A stretch of DNA of 34,333 nt, from positions 1-34,333 of the forward strand of contig JAGGXL010000066.1 in the NCBI GenBank assembly GCA_021163085.1, read 5' to 3'. This document shows positions 1 through 10,104 of this stretch, in pieces (within the stretch, counting starts at the first letter, position 1; the number at the start of each line of letters is the position of its first letter). The notes beneath the pieces were generated by a model. It saw only the letters and a program-made list of their open reading frames with translations, had not been told where the DNA came from and searched no databases. This DNA is from Thermodesulfobacterium sp. Lineage in GTDB: Bacteria; Desulfobacterota; Thermodesulfobacteria; Thermodesulfobacteriales; Thermodesulfobacteriaceae. The position numbers and the translations under genes were made by a program.

Positions 1-1081
1 ATTCTTCTGCTTTTACACCAAGTTTTCTTAATTCTGTAACCATAGCTTTAATACGATCTGTTTCTTTATAACGCAGATGAGGAGCACCTTTAAGAAATGT
101 TTTTCCTTCTGCAACTGCTCCTAAAACACACATAGTTGGGAAAAGATCAGGAGTGTTGTTTAAATCAATTTTAACACCCTTGGGGATACCCTTAAATTCT
201 ACACTTACTCCCAATGGATTTAGCGTTTCTATTTTTGCTCCCATTTTTCTTATATATTCCAGAAATTTTACATCTCCTTGCTTTGAAAAGGGATTGTAAT
301 TTTCTATAACAACTTTTCCTTTGCCCAAGATAAGAGGCAGTGCTAGAAAATAAGAGGCAGTTGAAGCATCTGCTTCAACCTCATAAGTTGTGGGTTTATA
401 ACTTGATTTTGGCACCTCAAAAAAGTTTTTATGAAATTTAACTTCCACTCCAAAATTTCTCATCACATCAAGAGTAAGATTTATATAAGCCTTTGAAACA
501 AGTTCCCCTTCAATAACAAGTTTCAAACCTTTTGGCAAATAAGGTCCTATAAGTAGAAGCGCAGAAATAAACTGACTGCTTACATTTCCGGGAAGAAAAA
601 TATCCTTTGAGATAACCTTTGATTCTTTTATTTTTACAGGTAAGAAACCCTCTTTTTCAAGACATTCGATACTTGCAGAAAGTTTTTTTAAACTTTCAAT
701 TAAAGGCCCCATTGGTCTTTCATGAAGTCTTGGTTTTCCATAAATTTCCACATAAGAGCCTTTCCCAAGAGAAGCCAGGGCTATAAAAAATCTTGTACCG
801 GTTCCGTTGTTTCCCAAAAATACCCTTTTTCCTGAAAGTAAAGGAGGAAATCTTCCCTCTACTTCCCAAATATTTCCATTCTCTTTTATTTTTATCCCTA
901 CATCTTTCAAAGCTGATTTTAACAGAAAGGTGTCTTCACTTTTTAAAGGCTCAATGATTTCGGAAACTCCTTCAGCAAGGGCACTGCATATTAAAGCTCT
1001 TTGAGTCAAACTTTTAGAGGTAGGAAGCCTTAGACTGATTTTTTCAAATTTTTCTAAGGATTTTATCTCTTGGACTTTCAT
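1..1081 (-). CDS. aroA: 3-phosphoshikimate 1-carboxyvinyltransferase (EPSP synthase), 3' end runs off the window
   Basis: Not in the ORF track; read manually. ATG at 1081 overlaps the aroE stop (ATGA). Translation MKVQEIKSLEKFEKISLRLPTSKSLTQRAL..., with LGNNGTGTRF, SSQLFSALLL, DASTASYF and HLRYKETDRI motifs typical of AroA. Confidence 0.93.
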   Translation of the reverse strand, partial: MKVQEIKSLEKFEKISLRLPTSKSLTQRALICSALAEGVSEIIEPLKSEDTFLLKSALKDVGIKIKENGNIWEVEGRFPPLLSGKRVFLGNNGTGTRFFIALASLGKGSYVEIYGKPRLHERPMGPLIESLKKLSASIECLEKEGFLPVKIKESKVISKDIFLPGNVSSQFISALLLIGPYLPKGLKLVIEGELVSKAYINLTLDVMRNFGVEVKFHKNFFEVPKSSYKPTTYEVEADASTASYFLALPLILGKGKVVIENYNPFSKQGDVKFLEYIRKMGAKIETLNPLGVSVEFKGIPKGVKIDLNNTPDLFPTMCVLGAVAEGKTFLKGAPHLRYKETDRIKAMVTELRKLGVKAEE

Positions 1082-1902
1082 TTTAAAATTTCTTTTTCGA
1101 GATCTTTGACTTTTTCATATATAGCCTTTTCCATCAGTTTAACAGGTGGCTCAATGCCTGTCCATAGCTTAAATTGTTCCACTCCCTGATAAAGAAGCAT
1201 CTGCAGTCCATCTATTACCTTACAATATTTCTTAGCAAGAGATAAAAATTTTGTTTCCAAAGGTAAATAAACTATATCCATTGCCACTTTAAAACGAGAT
1301 ATAACGCTTTCTTTAACTGGACTTTCCCAAGATTTCAATCCCACACTGGTTGTTTGAATTATAATATCTCCAGAAGCACTTTTAAGCTCTCCCCAGGGTT
1401 TGGCAATTATTCCAAATTTTTTCTCCAGAAGTTTAGCTTTTTCAAAGGTTCGATTATAAACAAACATTCTTCCTGCTCCTCCTTTCATAAGGGCATAAAT
1501 AACAGCTTTTGAAGCTCCTCCAGCTCCAACAACAACCACCTTTTTATTCTGAATCTCGACTCCATTCTCCTTAAAAGCCTTTAATACACCTATCCAGTCT
1601 GTGTTGCATCCCTTTAAAACTCCATTTTCATTTACAATAGTATTTACTGCTCCGATTTTATAAGCAGTTTCATCTATCTTTTCCAGATACTCCATAACTT
1701 TTTCTTTATGAGGTATGGTCACAGAAACACCTTTTATATTGAGAGCTCTTATTCCTTCAACAGCCTTTGCCAAATCAGGAGAACTTACCCTGAACGCTCC
1801 GTATACCGCTTTTATATTTTTTTCTCTAAATGCTAAATTGTGCATTATTGGGGACAGGGAATGGTTTACAGGGTCTCCGATAATTCCGTAAACTTCATAC
1901 AC
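1078..1902 (-). CDS. aroE: Shikimate dehydrogenase
   Basis: GDPVNHSLSPIMHN, SVTIPHKE, GAVNT, NTDWIG, GAGGA, DGLQMLLYQG motifs; aro operon context. Confidence 0.96.
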   Translation of the reverse strand: MYEVYGIIGDPVNHSLSPIMHNLAFREKNIKAVYGAFRVSSPDLAKAVEGIRALNIKGVSVTIPHKEKVMEYLEKIDETAYKIGAVNTIVNENGVLKGCNTDWIGVLKAFKENGVEIQNKKVVVVGAGGASKAVIYALMKGGAGRMFVYNRTFEKAKLLEKKFGIIAKPWGELKSASGDIIIQTTSVGLKSWESPVKESVISRFKVAMDIVYLPLETKFLSLAKKYCKVIDGLQMLLYQGVEQFKLWTGIEPPVKLMEKAIYEKVKDLEKEILK

Positions 1903-1909
1903 GGTTTAA

Positions 1910-2590
1910 CTACTCCACTATTTCCTTAATCGCATTGTAAACTTTTAAGGCAGATTTTATATCTAACTGCCCCGGAGCTACAGCTTCTTTTTTAGAAAGA
2001 ACCACATAAGTAAAAGGTGAACCACAAAATAGAGAAAGAATCCTGCTGATTCTACCCTTTTCCCCCATTCCAAAAGCTACAAGCTCTATTTTTCTTTCCT
2101 TTGCCAAAAAAATAAGCTTAAGAAGCCTGAAAGAGTCTTCCAAACTGTTGCACATACAAACTATTTTGGCTCTTTTCACGCCCCTTTTTTTCATCTCCGA
2201 AAGCAATTCAAGCAAATATCTATCAGATGGTAGCTTTTTAAAGTTATGATAAGAAAAAAGGACTTTATTAAAGTTTAATTCTTTAAATTTATGAGAAAAT
2301 TTTTTGAAAAGCTTCCACTCTATATCAACTAAATAAAATTTTTGTTTTAAAGCCCAGAAGATCCACTCCAATCTAAATTCATCAGAAAAATTTCCAAAAC
2401 CTCCCTCTTCATGACTCCTAAAAGTAAAAAGGAATTTATAAGGTAATTTAAGAAATGTTTCTAAATGGCAAGTTTCTAAATCTTTAAGTTTGTCAGCTCT
2501 TATTTCGAAAAAATCTGTATATTTTGCTCCTCTTTCTATTTTTTTAAAAAGCTTTTTGCAAGTATTTTCTGCTAATGTCAGACAAAACAT
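1910..2590 (-). CDS. aroD: Type I 3-dehydroquinate dehydratase
   Basis: EIRAD, FTFRSHEEGG, VDIE, SYHNF, MGEKGRISR, APGQL motifs. Confidence 0.92.
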   Translation of the reverse strand: MFCLTLAENTCKKLFKKIERGAKYTDFFEIRADKLKDLETCHLETFLKLPYKFLFTFRSHEEGGFGNFSDEFRLEWIFWALKQKFYLVDIEWKLFKKFSHKFKELNFNKVLFSYHNFKKLPSDRYLLELLSEMKKRGVKRAKIVCMCNSLEDSFRLLKLIFLAKERKIELVAFGMGEKGRISRILSLFCGSPFTYVVLSKKEAVAPGQLDIKSALKVYNAIKEIVE

Positions 2591-3180
2591 TAAACAGTAA
2601 CAGAAGAAAGATAATTAAAAATCATCTGATCGTATTCACTCGTTAACTTAAAAACTTTTCTGGCAAGCTCAATCCTTGTTTTTAAAGTTGTGTTTCCATA
2701 CTTTTTGATTTCTTCGAGGACTCTGGTGTAATCCTCTGGAGAAACAACAACAGTAACATATTTAAAATTTTTAGCCCCTGCTCTTATTAAAGTTGGTCCT
2801 CCGATATCAATATTTTCTACAGCTGTATCAAGATCTGCTCCTTTTTTAACTACTTTTTCAAAGGCATAAAGATTAACAACTATCAAATCTATAGGTTTTA
2901 TATTATGCTCTTTAACAGTTTTAACATGGTCCTCCTTATCTCTTTTAAACAAAATCCCTCCATGAACCTTGGGATGAAGGGTTTTTACTCTTCCTTCCAG
3001 TATTTCTGGAAATCCTGTAATCTCAGAAATCTCAATAACCTTTACTCCTCCCTCTCTCAAGACTCTTGCAGTTCCGCCAGTTGAAATAATTTCTATTCCA
3101 AGATTTTCAAGTTCTTTAACAAAGTCAACAATTCCTGTTTTATCTGTAACACTGATTAAAGCTCTTTCTATTTTGTCCAT
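2590..3180 (-). CDS. purH: IMP cyclohydrolase (stand-alone N-terminal MGS-like domain of PurH)
   Basis: [49 protein letters not shown]; 196 aa, no AICAR transformylase domain. Confidence 0.88.
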   Translation of the reverse strand: MDKIERALISVTDKTGIVDFVKELENLGIEIISTGGTARVLREGGVKVIEISEITGFPEILEGRVKTLHPKVHGGILFKRDKEDHVKTVKEHNIKPIDLIVVNLYAFEKVVKKGADLDTAVENIDIGGPTLIRAGAKNFKYVTVVVSPEDYTRVLEEIKKYGNTTLKTRIELARKVFKLTSEYDQMIFNYLSSVTV

Positions 3181-3181
3181 T

Positions 3182-4345
3182 TTATTCTCCCTTTGAAAGC
3201 CCTATTTCCTCATCAGTAAGATAACAAGCTGGATCAGGAGCCCATATATCTCCTGTCACAGCTTCAGCTCTTGCTCTAAAATTTCCTGCACAAAGGTCTA
3301 AAAATTTACACTTAGCACATCTTCCTTTAACATATTTTTTCTTTTCTTTTAATTTTGCCATCAAAGGATTTGAAGTATCCATCCATATTTCACTAAAAGG
3401 CCTTTCTCTCACATTTCCAAAATTATGGGTTCTCCAGAATTGATCTGCATAAACAACTCCATCCCAGGAAACACATCCAATTCCAACTCCACTGTTATTT
3501 CCTCCGTTTATCTTAAGAAGTTGATATACTTCTTCTGCCTTGGGATGGTTCTTCCTTTTCATTCTTAAGTATAAGTAGGGACCATCTGCATGATTATCAA
3601 CTGTCAAAACCTCTGCTTTTAAACCTTTTTCATGCAATTCTTTCGTTTTATCAATAATATAGTCTACCCAGTAACGAGTTTCTTCATGACTGAGATCTTG
3701 TTCTATAAGTTTTGATCCCCTTCCTGAATAAACAAGATGGTAAAAACAGATTCTTGGAATTTTCAATTCTTCAACCAAGCCAAAAATTTTAGGAATTTCC
3801 TTAGCATTAAGCTTACTTATAGTAAATCTTAAACCCACTTTAAGATTTACTTTTTTGCAAGCCTCAATAGCTGAAATTGCCTTTTTAAAAGCTCCCTTAA
3901 CACCTCTAAATTTATCATGCACTTCTTCCAACCCATCAAGACTTATTCCTACATAAGAAACTCCCAATTTTTTTAGTTCTTTAGCCAGAGAATCATCGAT
4001 GAGAATTCCATTAGTAGAAATAACTGTTCTTAATCCAGAGTTTACTGCTTTGTGAATAAGGTCAAGAATGTCTTTTCTTACTAAAGGCTCCCCACCAGAA
4101 AAAAGAATTACAGGGCAACCAAACTTTGCAAGATCTTCAAGGAGTTTGAACCCTTCTTCAGTAGTTAGCTCATCAGGTGCCGGGTTATTGTCAGCTTTGG
4201 CATAACAGTGAATGCATCTCAAATTACAGGCTTTGGTAGTATTCCATACAACCACCGGTCTTTTGTCCATAGCAGATGTTTTCCCGTATCTTATGTGGTC
4301 AAGAGACTCTGTAGCACCACAATAAAGTTTAGATATACTTATCAT
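3182..4345 (-). CDS. ahbC: Radical SAM/SPASM Fe-coproporphyrin III synthase (AhbC/NirJ1, siroheme-dependent heme route)
   Basis: N-terminus [29 protein letters not shown] (CxxxCxxC), FSGGEPL, C-terminal CxxCxxxxxC...DPAC SPASM cysteines. Confidence 0.82.
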   Translation of the reverse strand: MISISKLYCGATESLDHIRYGKTSAMDKRPVVVWNTTKACNLRCIHCYAKADNNPAPDELTTEEGFKLLEDLAKFGCPVILFSGGEPLVRKDILDLIHKAVNSGLRTVISTNGILIDDSLAKELKKLGVSYVGISLDGLEEVHDKFRGVKGAFKKAISAIEACKKVNLKVGLRFTISKLNAKEIPKIFGLVEELKIPRICFYHLVYSGRGSKLIEQDLSHEETRYWVDYIIDKTKELHEKGLKAEVLTVDNHADGPYLYLRMKRKNHPKAEEVYQLLKINGGNNSGVGIGCVSWDGVVYADQFWRTHNFGNVRERPFSEIWMDTSNPLMAKLKEKKKYVKGRCAKCKFLDLCAGNFRARAEAVTGDIWAPDPACYLTDEEIGLSKGE

Positions 4346-4349
4346 TTTT

Positions 4350-4712
4350 TTACTTTACCCCCTTCAACCATTTTTCTAATTTTTCAACTATTTTTTCTTC
4401 TTCCAAAGGACAGATAATTATGTCATCTACTCCGCAGTCTTTGGCTTTTATTTCTTCTTCTTTGTATTCATATTTACAAACAGCTAAAATCGGAATATTC
4501 TTTGTTTTATCATCAGATTTCAAAAGTAGTGTAACTGCAAATCCATCAAGAAGTGGCAGATCCTTTTCAAGAATAATAAGCTCAGGAGGATCTTTTTTAG
4601 CTAATTCCAACAAAGTCTCTCCGTCTCCAATAAATTTATATTTAATTTTGTGATTTTCCAAAATTTTAGCTAACTTATTAAATAAACTTTCTGAAAGAGC
4701 TATATATATCAT
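4350..4712 (-). CDS. Single-domain response-regulator receiver-like protein (atypical)
   Basis: PELIILEKDLPLLDGF...LKSDDKTKNIPILAV...GVDDII matches the CheY-like pattern, but the phospho-acceptor position is Glu. Confidence 0.8.
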   Translation of the reverse strand: MIYIALSESLFNKLAKILENHKIKYKFIGDGETLLELAKKDPPELIILEKDLPLLDGFAVTLLLKSDDKTKNIPILAVCKYEYKEEEIKAKDCGVDDIIICPLEEEKIVEKLEKWLKGVK

Positions 4713-4719
4713 TTTTCTT

Positions 4720-6345
4720 TCAAGCTGAAAGATACTCTTTTATAAATCTTTCTGGATTTTTAAATGCTAAAGAATTGATATAAATAGTCTCTTTCTCCTG
4801 TATATCTTTTAAGTAATTTAAACTATATTCTAATTTTGACATAACTTTTTCACAATAGGTAAAAACTCCCCAATTTTTATTAATCGCAACCTCCAATATA
4901 TCATCTACAGCGTCACCAGTAAAGGCTATTTTAATAAATTTTTTTCTTTCAAAAGCAGATTCATAACTTTTTATCTGCTTCCAGATATAGAAAATTTCTT
5001 CAACAGCTTGATTTAATTCTATATCTTTTTTTTTATAAAGTTTAAATATCATTTCAAATCTTTTAGGTGTAATTTTAAATTTGTCTTCTTTAAAAAAATT
5101 TTTTCTATTTAAATATTTCTCTGTTCTCTTTTTCTCATCCTCCAGAGCTCTAAGGTAATTTTCTTTCCATCTGGAGTTGTTGGGAGATTCAGTCATAGCT
5201 GATAGAACTCCATAAGGATTCTCAACAATCTCTTTGGTGACTCCTAAAAAGTTAAGAGATAAAGATGGTAAAGCCCTTTCATATGGAATAAGGATTCTTT
5301 CTAAAATGCGACCTAAAGCACGAGCACCTGTACTTTCTTCGTAAGCTATTTCGGCTATTCTTCTCAGTGCATCTTCTGTAAAAGCAATGTTTATATTATA
5401 AACTTTAAAATCCCTTTTTTTGTTTATTACTATGGGATCATTGGGATTAGCAAGAATCTCATACAAATCGTCTTTACTTAAAGGTTCAAATACCACAATA
5501 ACTGGAAATCTTCCTACAAACTCACGTTCAAACCCATAATTTACTAAATCCTCAGGAGTAACAAACTTAAAATAATTAATTTTTTCCTCACTTTTACTCT
5601 CTATCTCAGAAATAAAACCCAGGCCCTGCTTTTTCATCCTCTTTTTAATAATATCTTCTAATCCTTGAAATGCTCCACTTACAATAAAAAGCACATATTT
5701 GGTATTAAGAGTAAGCCTTTTCCTTTTGTGTTTTCCTTGCATCTCTGAAAACTCAAAAAAGCTACAATTTTCGTGAGGTATTTTAATCTCCACCTCAGTT
5801 TCTTCCAAAGGTTTTAATAAAGCTCTTTGGACACCGGTTCTTGAAATATCAGGACCGATAGTTTCTGCAGGGGAAGCAATTTTATCAATTTCATCCAAAA
5901 ATACTATTCCAAATTGAGCCTTCTCTAAATCTCCATTAGATTCCCAATACAAATCTCTTATTAAATCCTCTATATCTCCCCCTACATATCCGGTTTCACT
6001 AAATTTTGTAGCATCACCTTTAACAAAAGGAACCCCAATTTTTTTAGCGATAAGCTTTATCATATAAGTTTTACCAACACCTGTAGGTCCTATAATAAAT
6101 ATATTATTTTTTATAAACTCTGTTTTGTCTTCTCTACCATATCTAAAAAGGAATTTTCTGATTTTATGAAAGTGTGTGCAGATTTTAGTTGCTATAACAG
6201 CTTTAGCTTCTTTCTGACCAACGATATATTCATCTAAATAAGCTTCAAGTTCCGTAGGTTTAAAATTGAATTCATAAAAGGGCTTGTAACCTTTTGAAGG
6301 GCTAATCCTTTCTATTTTATACCTGGGTGTTTTTAACATAAACAA
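4720..6345 (-). CDS. ClpX-family AAA+ ATPase lacking the N-terminal Zn domain, with C-terminal extension
   Basis: LDEYIVGQ, Walker A GPTGVGKT, DATKFSETGYVGGD, Walker B VFLDEIDK, GVQRALLK, LGF loop, TGARAL. Start may be the ATG at 6339. Confidence 0.85.
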   Translation of the reverse strand: MFMLKTPRYKIERISPSKGYKPFYEFNFKPTELEAYLDEYIVGQKEAKAVIATKICTHFHKIRKFLFRYGREDKTEFIKNNIFIIGPTGVGKTYMIKLIAKKIGVPFVKGDATKFSETGYVGGDIEDLIRDLYWESNGDLEKAQFGIVFLDEIDKIASPAETIGPDISRTGVQRALLKPLEETEVEIKIPHENCSFFEFSEMQGKHKRKRLTLNTKYVLFIVSGAFQGLEDIIKKRMKKQGLGFISEIESKSEEKINYFKFVTPEDLVNYGFEREFVGRFPVIVVFEPLSKDDLYEILANPNDPIVINKKRDFKVYNINIAFTEDALRRIAEIAYEESTGARALGRILERILIPYERALPSLSLNFLGVTKEIVENPYGVLSAMTESPNNSRWKENYLRALEDEKKRTEKYLNRKNFFKEDKFKITPKRFEMIFKLYKKKDIELNQAVEEIFYIWKQIKSYESAFERKKFIKIAFTGDAVDDILEVAINKNWGVFTYCEKVMSKLEYSLNYLKDIQEKETIYINSLAFKNPERFIKEYLSA

Positions 6346-6381
6346 AAATTAATATACGTCTTTTTTCAAAAAAGTAAATAT

Positions 6382-8739
6382 CTACAACAAATCTTCTGGA
6401 TCAATGTCAACAATCAATTTAAATCCCGACACTTTAAATTTTTTTAAAAATTTAAATAATACATTGTTTATTGTCTTGTAATTTTTGGTTTTTAAAATAA
6501 TATGCCACCTGTAAAAACCCTTTAACTTTCTAAAAGGACAGGGAGCGGGTCCCAATATTTCAACATTCTTTATATTAAATTGCGAAAAAAACTCTTCTAA
6601 ATTTTTTTTTGCTTCCACACATTTTTCTTTTACTTTATTTTCTTTTATCCCCTCAATCCTTATTACTGCAAGTCTCACAAAAGGTGGAAAAAGAAATTTT
6701 TCTCTAAGTTTTATCTCCTCTTCATAAAATTTTTCATAGTTTTGCTCCAGAGCACATTCTATAGCATAATAATCTCTTATAGCACTCTGAAAAATTACCT
6801 TTCCTTTTTCTTTTTTTCTACCTGCTCTTCCTGAAGCCTGAATCAGTAATTGAAAGATCCTTTCTCCAGCTTTGTAATGAGGCAGAAATAAACCCTCTTC
6901 TGCTCTTAAAATGCCTACTAAATTTACCTCGGGGAAATTGTGTCCATGAACACCCATTTGAGTTCCTACTATTATTTTAGGCTCTGGTTTATAAATTCTC
7001 TCCAGAACCTGTAAAAGTTTTTTTTCAGTATTTACAGCATCTCTATCCAGCCTTATAACTTCTATTCCCGAAAAAATTTTTTTTATCTCTTCTTCTACTT
7101 TTTCAGTTCCTGCTCTTCTGAATTTCCTTTTAAATCCTTTACATCGAGGACAGAGAGTTAAAGCATTTACTTCAAAATTGCAATAGTGACATAAAAGCAG
7201 TTTTTCTTCTTTATGATAGGTAAGAGGAATTCCGCAATTTGGACAACTCCAGATATAATGGCACTCTTCACATTCAACAAGAGGCGCATACCCTCTTCTG
7301 TTTAGATAGAGAAATACCGATTTGCCCCTTCTGAACTCTTCTTCAATTTCTTTTTTTAGCTCATCTGATATAAGCAAAAACTTTTTGTTTTCAATAAACT
7401 TTATTTCCGGTAAACTGGCAAAAGGTCTTTCTTTCAACATAAAGAGATGATATTTACCTTTCTTAGCAAAATAAAAACTTTTAATGCTTGGAGTAGCAGA
7501 ACCAAGAATTATAGGAATATTTTCCATTTTTCCTCTAATAAGTGCCAAGTCTCTGGCATGATATTTACATGCTAAATTTTCTTCTTTATAAGAAGGGTCA
7601 TGCTCTTCATCCACAATGATAAGCCCTAAATTATTTACAGGAGCAAAGATGGCAGATCTTGTTCCTATTACTATATCTACTTCCTCTTTTAATATCCTCA
7701 TCCATTCTCCGAGTCTCTCAGAGGGAGAAAGACCACTATGAAGAAGAGCAATTTTATTTTTAAAGTAATTCAAAAGTAATATTTCCATGTAGGTGGTTAA
7801 AGCTATTTCAGGAACTAAAACCAGGACTTTTTTCTTATTTTTCAAAACCTCCCTGATCATTTCTATGTAAATTAAGGATTTCCCACTTCCTGTAACTCCA
7901 TAAAGAAGGATAGGTTTAAATCCACCCTGATAAAAAAGTTCTTTAATCTTTTCAAAAATATCTTTTTGTGATGGAGTTAACTGATATTTCTCTGGGACTT
8001 CTAAAGAAACCATAATTTTTCTGATTTTAGGATATTCAATTCTCTCCAATACACCTTTTTCTATTAATCTTTTTATCTCTTTAGAAGAAAATCTATTTTT
8101 CAAAATCTTTTCGGGAACCTCTATATTTTCTTCAAGATACTTAACAATTTCCCTTTCCAAAAGCTTTTCATCAAGTTTTAAATTACTTTTAATCCTTATA
8201 AAAGTTTCTATAGGAATTTTAGCTTCAGGAAATTCCGATTTAACAATGACCCATTCTTTTTCTTTAAACTTGCTAATCTGTTTTATAGTAAAACCTGTTT
8301 TTCTTAAAAAATATTTTAAGTCATATCCTTTCTTTTTTATTAGAGAAAACTCTTCAGGCAAATAACCTTCTTTAACAGCCTCTTTCCCTTTTTCAGTAAG
8401 ATAAATCCTTTTTTTAGGTAAAGAAAAAACTCCAGGGGGTAAAGCAATTTTATAAACTAATCCCAGAGAAGTAATGTAATACTGAGATACCCATTCTAAA
8501 AAAGAAAAAAGATTAGGAGAGATTAATGGTGAATTATCTAAGGTTTCCTCTATCCATTTATACTCTATCTCAGGAGAAAGATCTTTTTCGGTAACTTCAA
8601 AACAGTCTTTTACTATACCGATTAAACGGTAGTTTTTAAAAGGAACAAGAACTCTTATTCCGGGTATAACAAAGTGTTTGCTAAGGTAAGAGAAGCTTTG
8701 ATAAAGTGGGAGAGGTAGAACAACATCAACTAAATACAT
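6382..8739 (-). CDS. priA: Primosomal protein N' helicase
   Basis: GVTGSGKS, VPEIALT, DEEHDPSYK, GSATPS, NRRGY, four CxxC pairs, GRAGR, LGPAPCP, DIDP C-terminus. Confidence 0.96.
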   Translation of the reverse strand: MYLVDVVLPLPLYQSFSYLSKHFVIPGIRVLVPFKNYRLIGIVKDCFEVTEKDLSPEIEYKWIEETLDNSPLISPNLFSFLEWVSQYYITSLGLVYKIALPPGVFSLPKKRIYLTEKGKEAVKEGYLPEEFSLIKKKGYDLKYFLRKTGFTIKQISKFKEKEWVIVKSEFPEAKIPIETFIRIKSNLKLDEKLLEREIVKYLEENIEVPEKILKNRFSSKEIKRLIEKGVLERIEYPKIRKIMVSLEVPEKYQLTPSQKDIFEKIKELFYQGGFKPILLYGVTGSGKSLIYIEMIREVLKNKKKVLVLVPEIALTTYMEILLLNYFKNKIALLHSGLSPSERLGEWMRILKEEVDIVIGTRSAIFAPVNNLGLIIVDEEHDPSYKEENLACKYHARDLALIRGKMENIPIILGSATPSIKSFYFAKKGKYHLFMLKERPFASLPEIKFIENKKFLLISDELKKEIEEEFRRGKSVFLYLNRRGYAPLVECEECHYIWSCPNCGIPLTYHKEEKLLLCHYCNFEVNALTLCPRCKGFKRKFRRAGTEKVEEEIKKIFSGIEVIRLDRDAVNTEKKLLQVLERIYKPEPKIIVGTQMGVHGHNFPEVNLVGILRAEEGLFLPHYKAGERIFQLLIQASGRAGRKKEKGKVIFQSAIRDYYAIECALEQNYEKFYEEEIKLREKFLFPPFVRLAVIRIEGIKENKVKEKCVEAKKNLEEFFSQFNIKNVEILGPAPCPFRKLKGFYRWHIILKTKNYKTINNVLFKFLKKFKVSGFKLIVDIDPEDLL

Positions 8740-9621
8740 TTAACAAATTTTTCTTTCATTTACAAAGCTAATTAAAACCTCTTTTAAAGCAGGATTTTTT
8801 ATAGCGTAATGTAGAACTGTTTTAAAAAAACCTTCTTTATTCCCTGTATCAAACCTTTCCCCCTCAAATAGATATCCATAGACTTCATAACCATTATCTA
8901 TCATTAACTGAATAGCATCAGTCAATTGGTATTCTCCCTGAACTTTGGGGATTTTTTTCAGAAATTCAAAAATAACAGGAGAAAAAATATATCTTCCTAT
9001 AATAGCTAAATTGGAAGGTGCCTCTTCTGGAGATGGTTTTTCCACCACCTTCTTTATTTTTATTAAATTATTTCCTACTCTCTCTCCATCAATAACTCCA
9101 TACCTATGAATATCCTTTTTTGGAACCTCCTCAACTGCAATGATACTGTGATTTTGAGTTTGATTTGAAAGAAGATTGTAAACATCGATCATTTGTTTTA
9201 AACAGGGGGTTTCTGCATCAACAAGATCATCTCCTAAAACAACTGCAAAAGGCTCATTTTCTACAGCTCTTTCAGCCATAAGTATAGCATGACCGAGTCC
9301 CTCAGGAACTTTTTGACGCACTTCTATTAAATGCTTTATTTTTTCTTCTACTTCTTCTACCTTTTTGAGAAGCTCTAATTTATTCCTTTCTTTCAAAAAA
9401 CTTCTTAAACTCAAATTTGTATCAAAGTAGTCAATAATTCCTCCCTTTCCTTGAGAAATAATAAATATAAGAGTATTTATTTCTGAAAATATAATCTCAT
9501 CAACTACATATTCAATAGTAGGTCTATCAATTATATTGAGAAGCTCCTTTGGTACAACTTTGGTAATGGGAAGCATCCTTGTGCCAAGTCCAGCAACAGG
9601 GATTACTGCTTTCCTTACCAT
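8740..9621 (-). CDS. galU: UTP-glucose-1-phosphate uridylyltransferase
   Basis: KAVIPVAGLGTRMLPITK, PKELL, GLGHA, LGDD, VEKP, QLTDAI; GGAGG RBS upstream. Confidence 0.94.
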   Translation of the reverse strand: MVRKAVIPVAGLGTRMLPITKVVPKELLNIIDRPTIEYVVDEIIFSEINTLIFIISQGKGGIIDYFDTNLSLRSFLKERNKLELLKKVEEVEEKIKHLIEVRQKVPEGLGHAILMAERAVENEPFAVVLGDDLVDAETPCLKQMIDVYNLLSNQTQNHSIIAVEEVPKKDIHRYGVIDGERVGNNLIKIKKVVEKPSPEEAPSNLAIIGRYIFSPVIFEFLKKIPKVQGEYQLTDAIQLMIDNGYEVYGYLFEGERFDTGNKEGFFKTVLHYAIKNPALKEVLISFVNERKIC

Positions 9622-9645
9622 AAAAAAACCTCCTCTATGTATAAC

Positions 9646-10104
9646 TTAAAAATCTTCTTTTAATTTTTCGTAAGATGATTTGAAATCTTTATATAAACTG
9701 GACCAATATTGAGATGCTTTTTGATATACTCTTTTAAAATCAGAAATATGGTCTTCAGAAATAACTAAGTTAGCACTTAATAAAAATGTTTCCTTAGGAT
9801 CAAGTGTTTTTGTTTTAGGTAGTATGTAAATTAAAAATATTTCTCTTCTTTTTTCAACAGGAAGTTTTTCATTTAAAAATTCTCCCAACTCCTTTATTTC
9901 TTCTAATTTTTTTGCTCCTATAATTACCATACTTACTGGGGCTATTTTACACCAATAAATAAGATCCTCGAGATTTTTTATTTCTTTGATTTCAAAATTT
10001 TCATACAAATGTTTCTTAATTATATCAAAGTTCGAATCCAAATTACAATAAATCAAGCAAAGAGGCTTCTCTATAAGATAATCTTGATATTCCGCTTTTT
10101 TCAT
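9646..10104 (-). CDS. Hypothetical protein coupled to the pilT pair (possibly degenerate receiver-like fold)
   Basis: 152-aa ORF overlapping the upstream stop (ATGA-type), host-like composition; no firm motif. Confidence 0.6.
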   Translation of the reverse strand: MKKAEYQDYLIEKPLCLIYCNLDSNFDIIKKHLYENFEIKEIKNLEDLIYWCKIAPVSMVIIGAKKLEEIKELGEFLNEKLPVEKRREIFLIYILPKTKTLDPKETFLLSANLVISEDHISDFKRVYQKASQYWSSLYKDFKSSYEKLKEDF

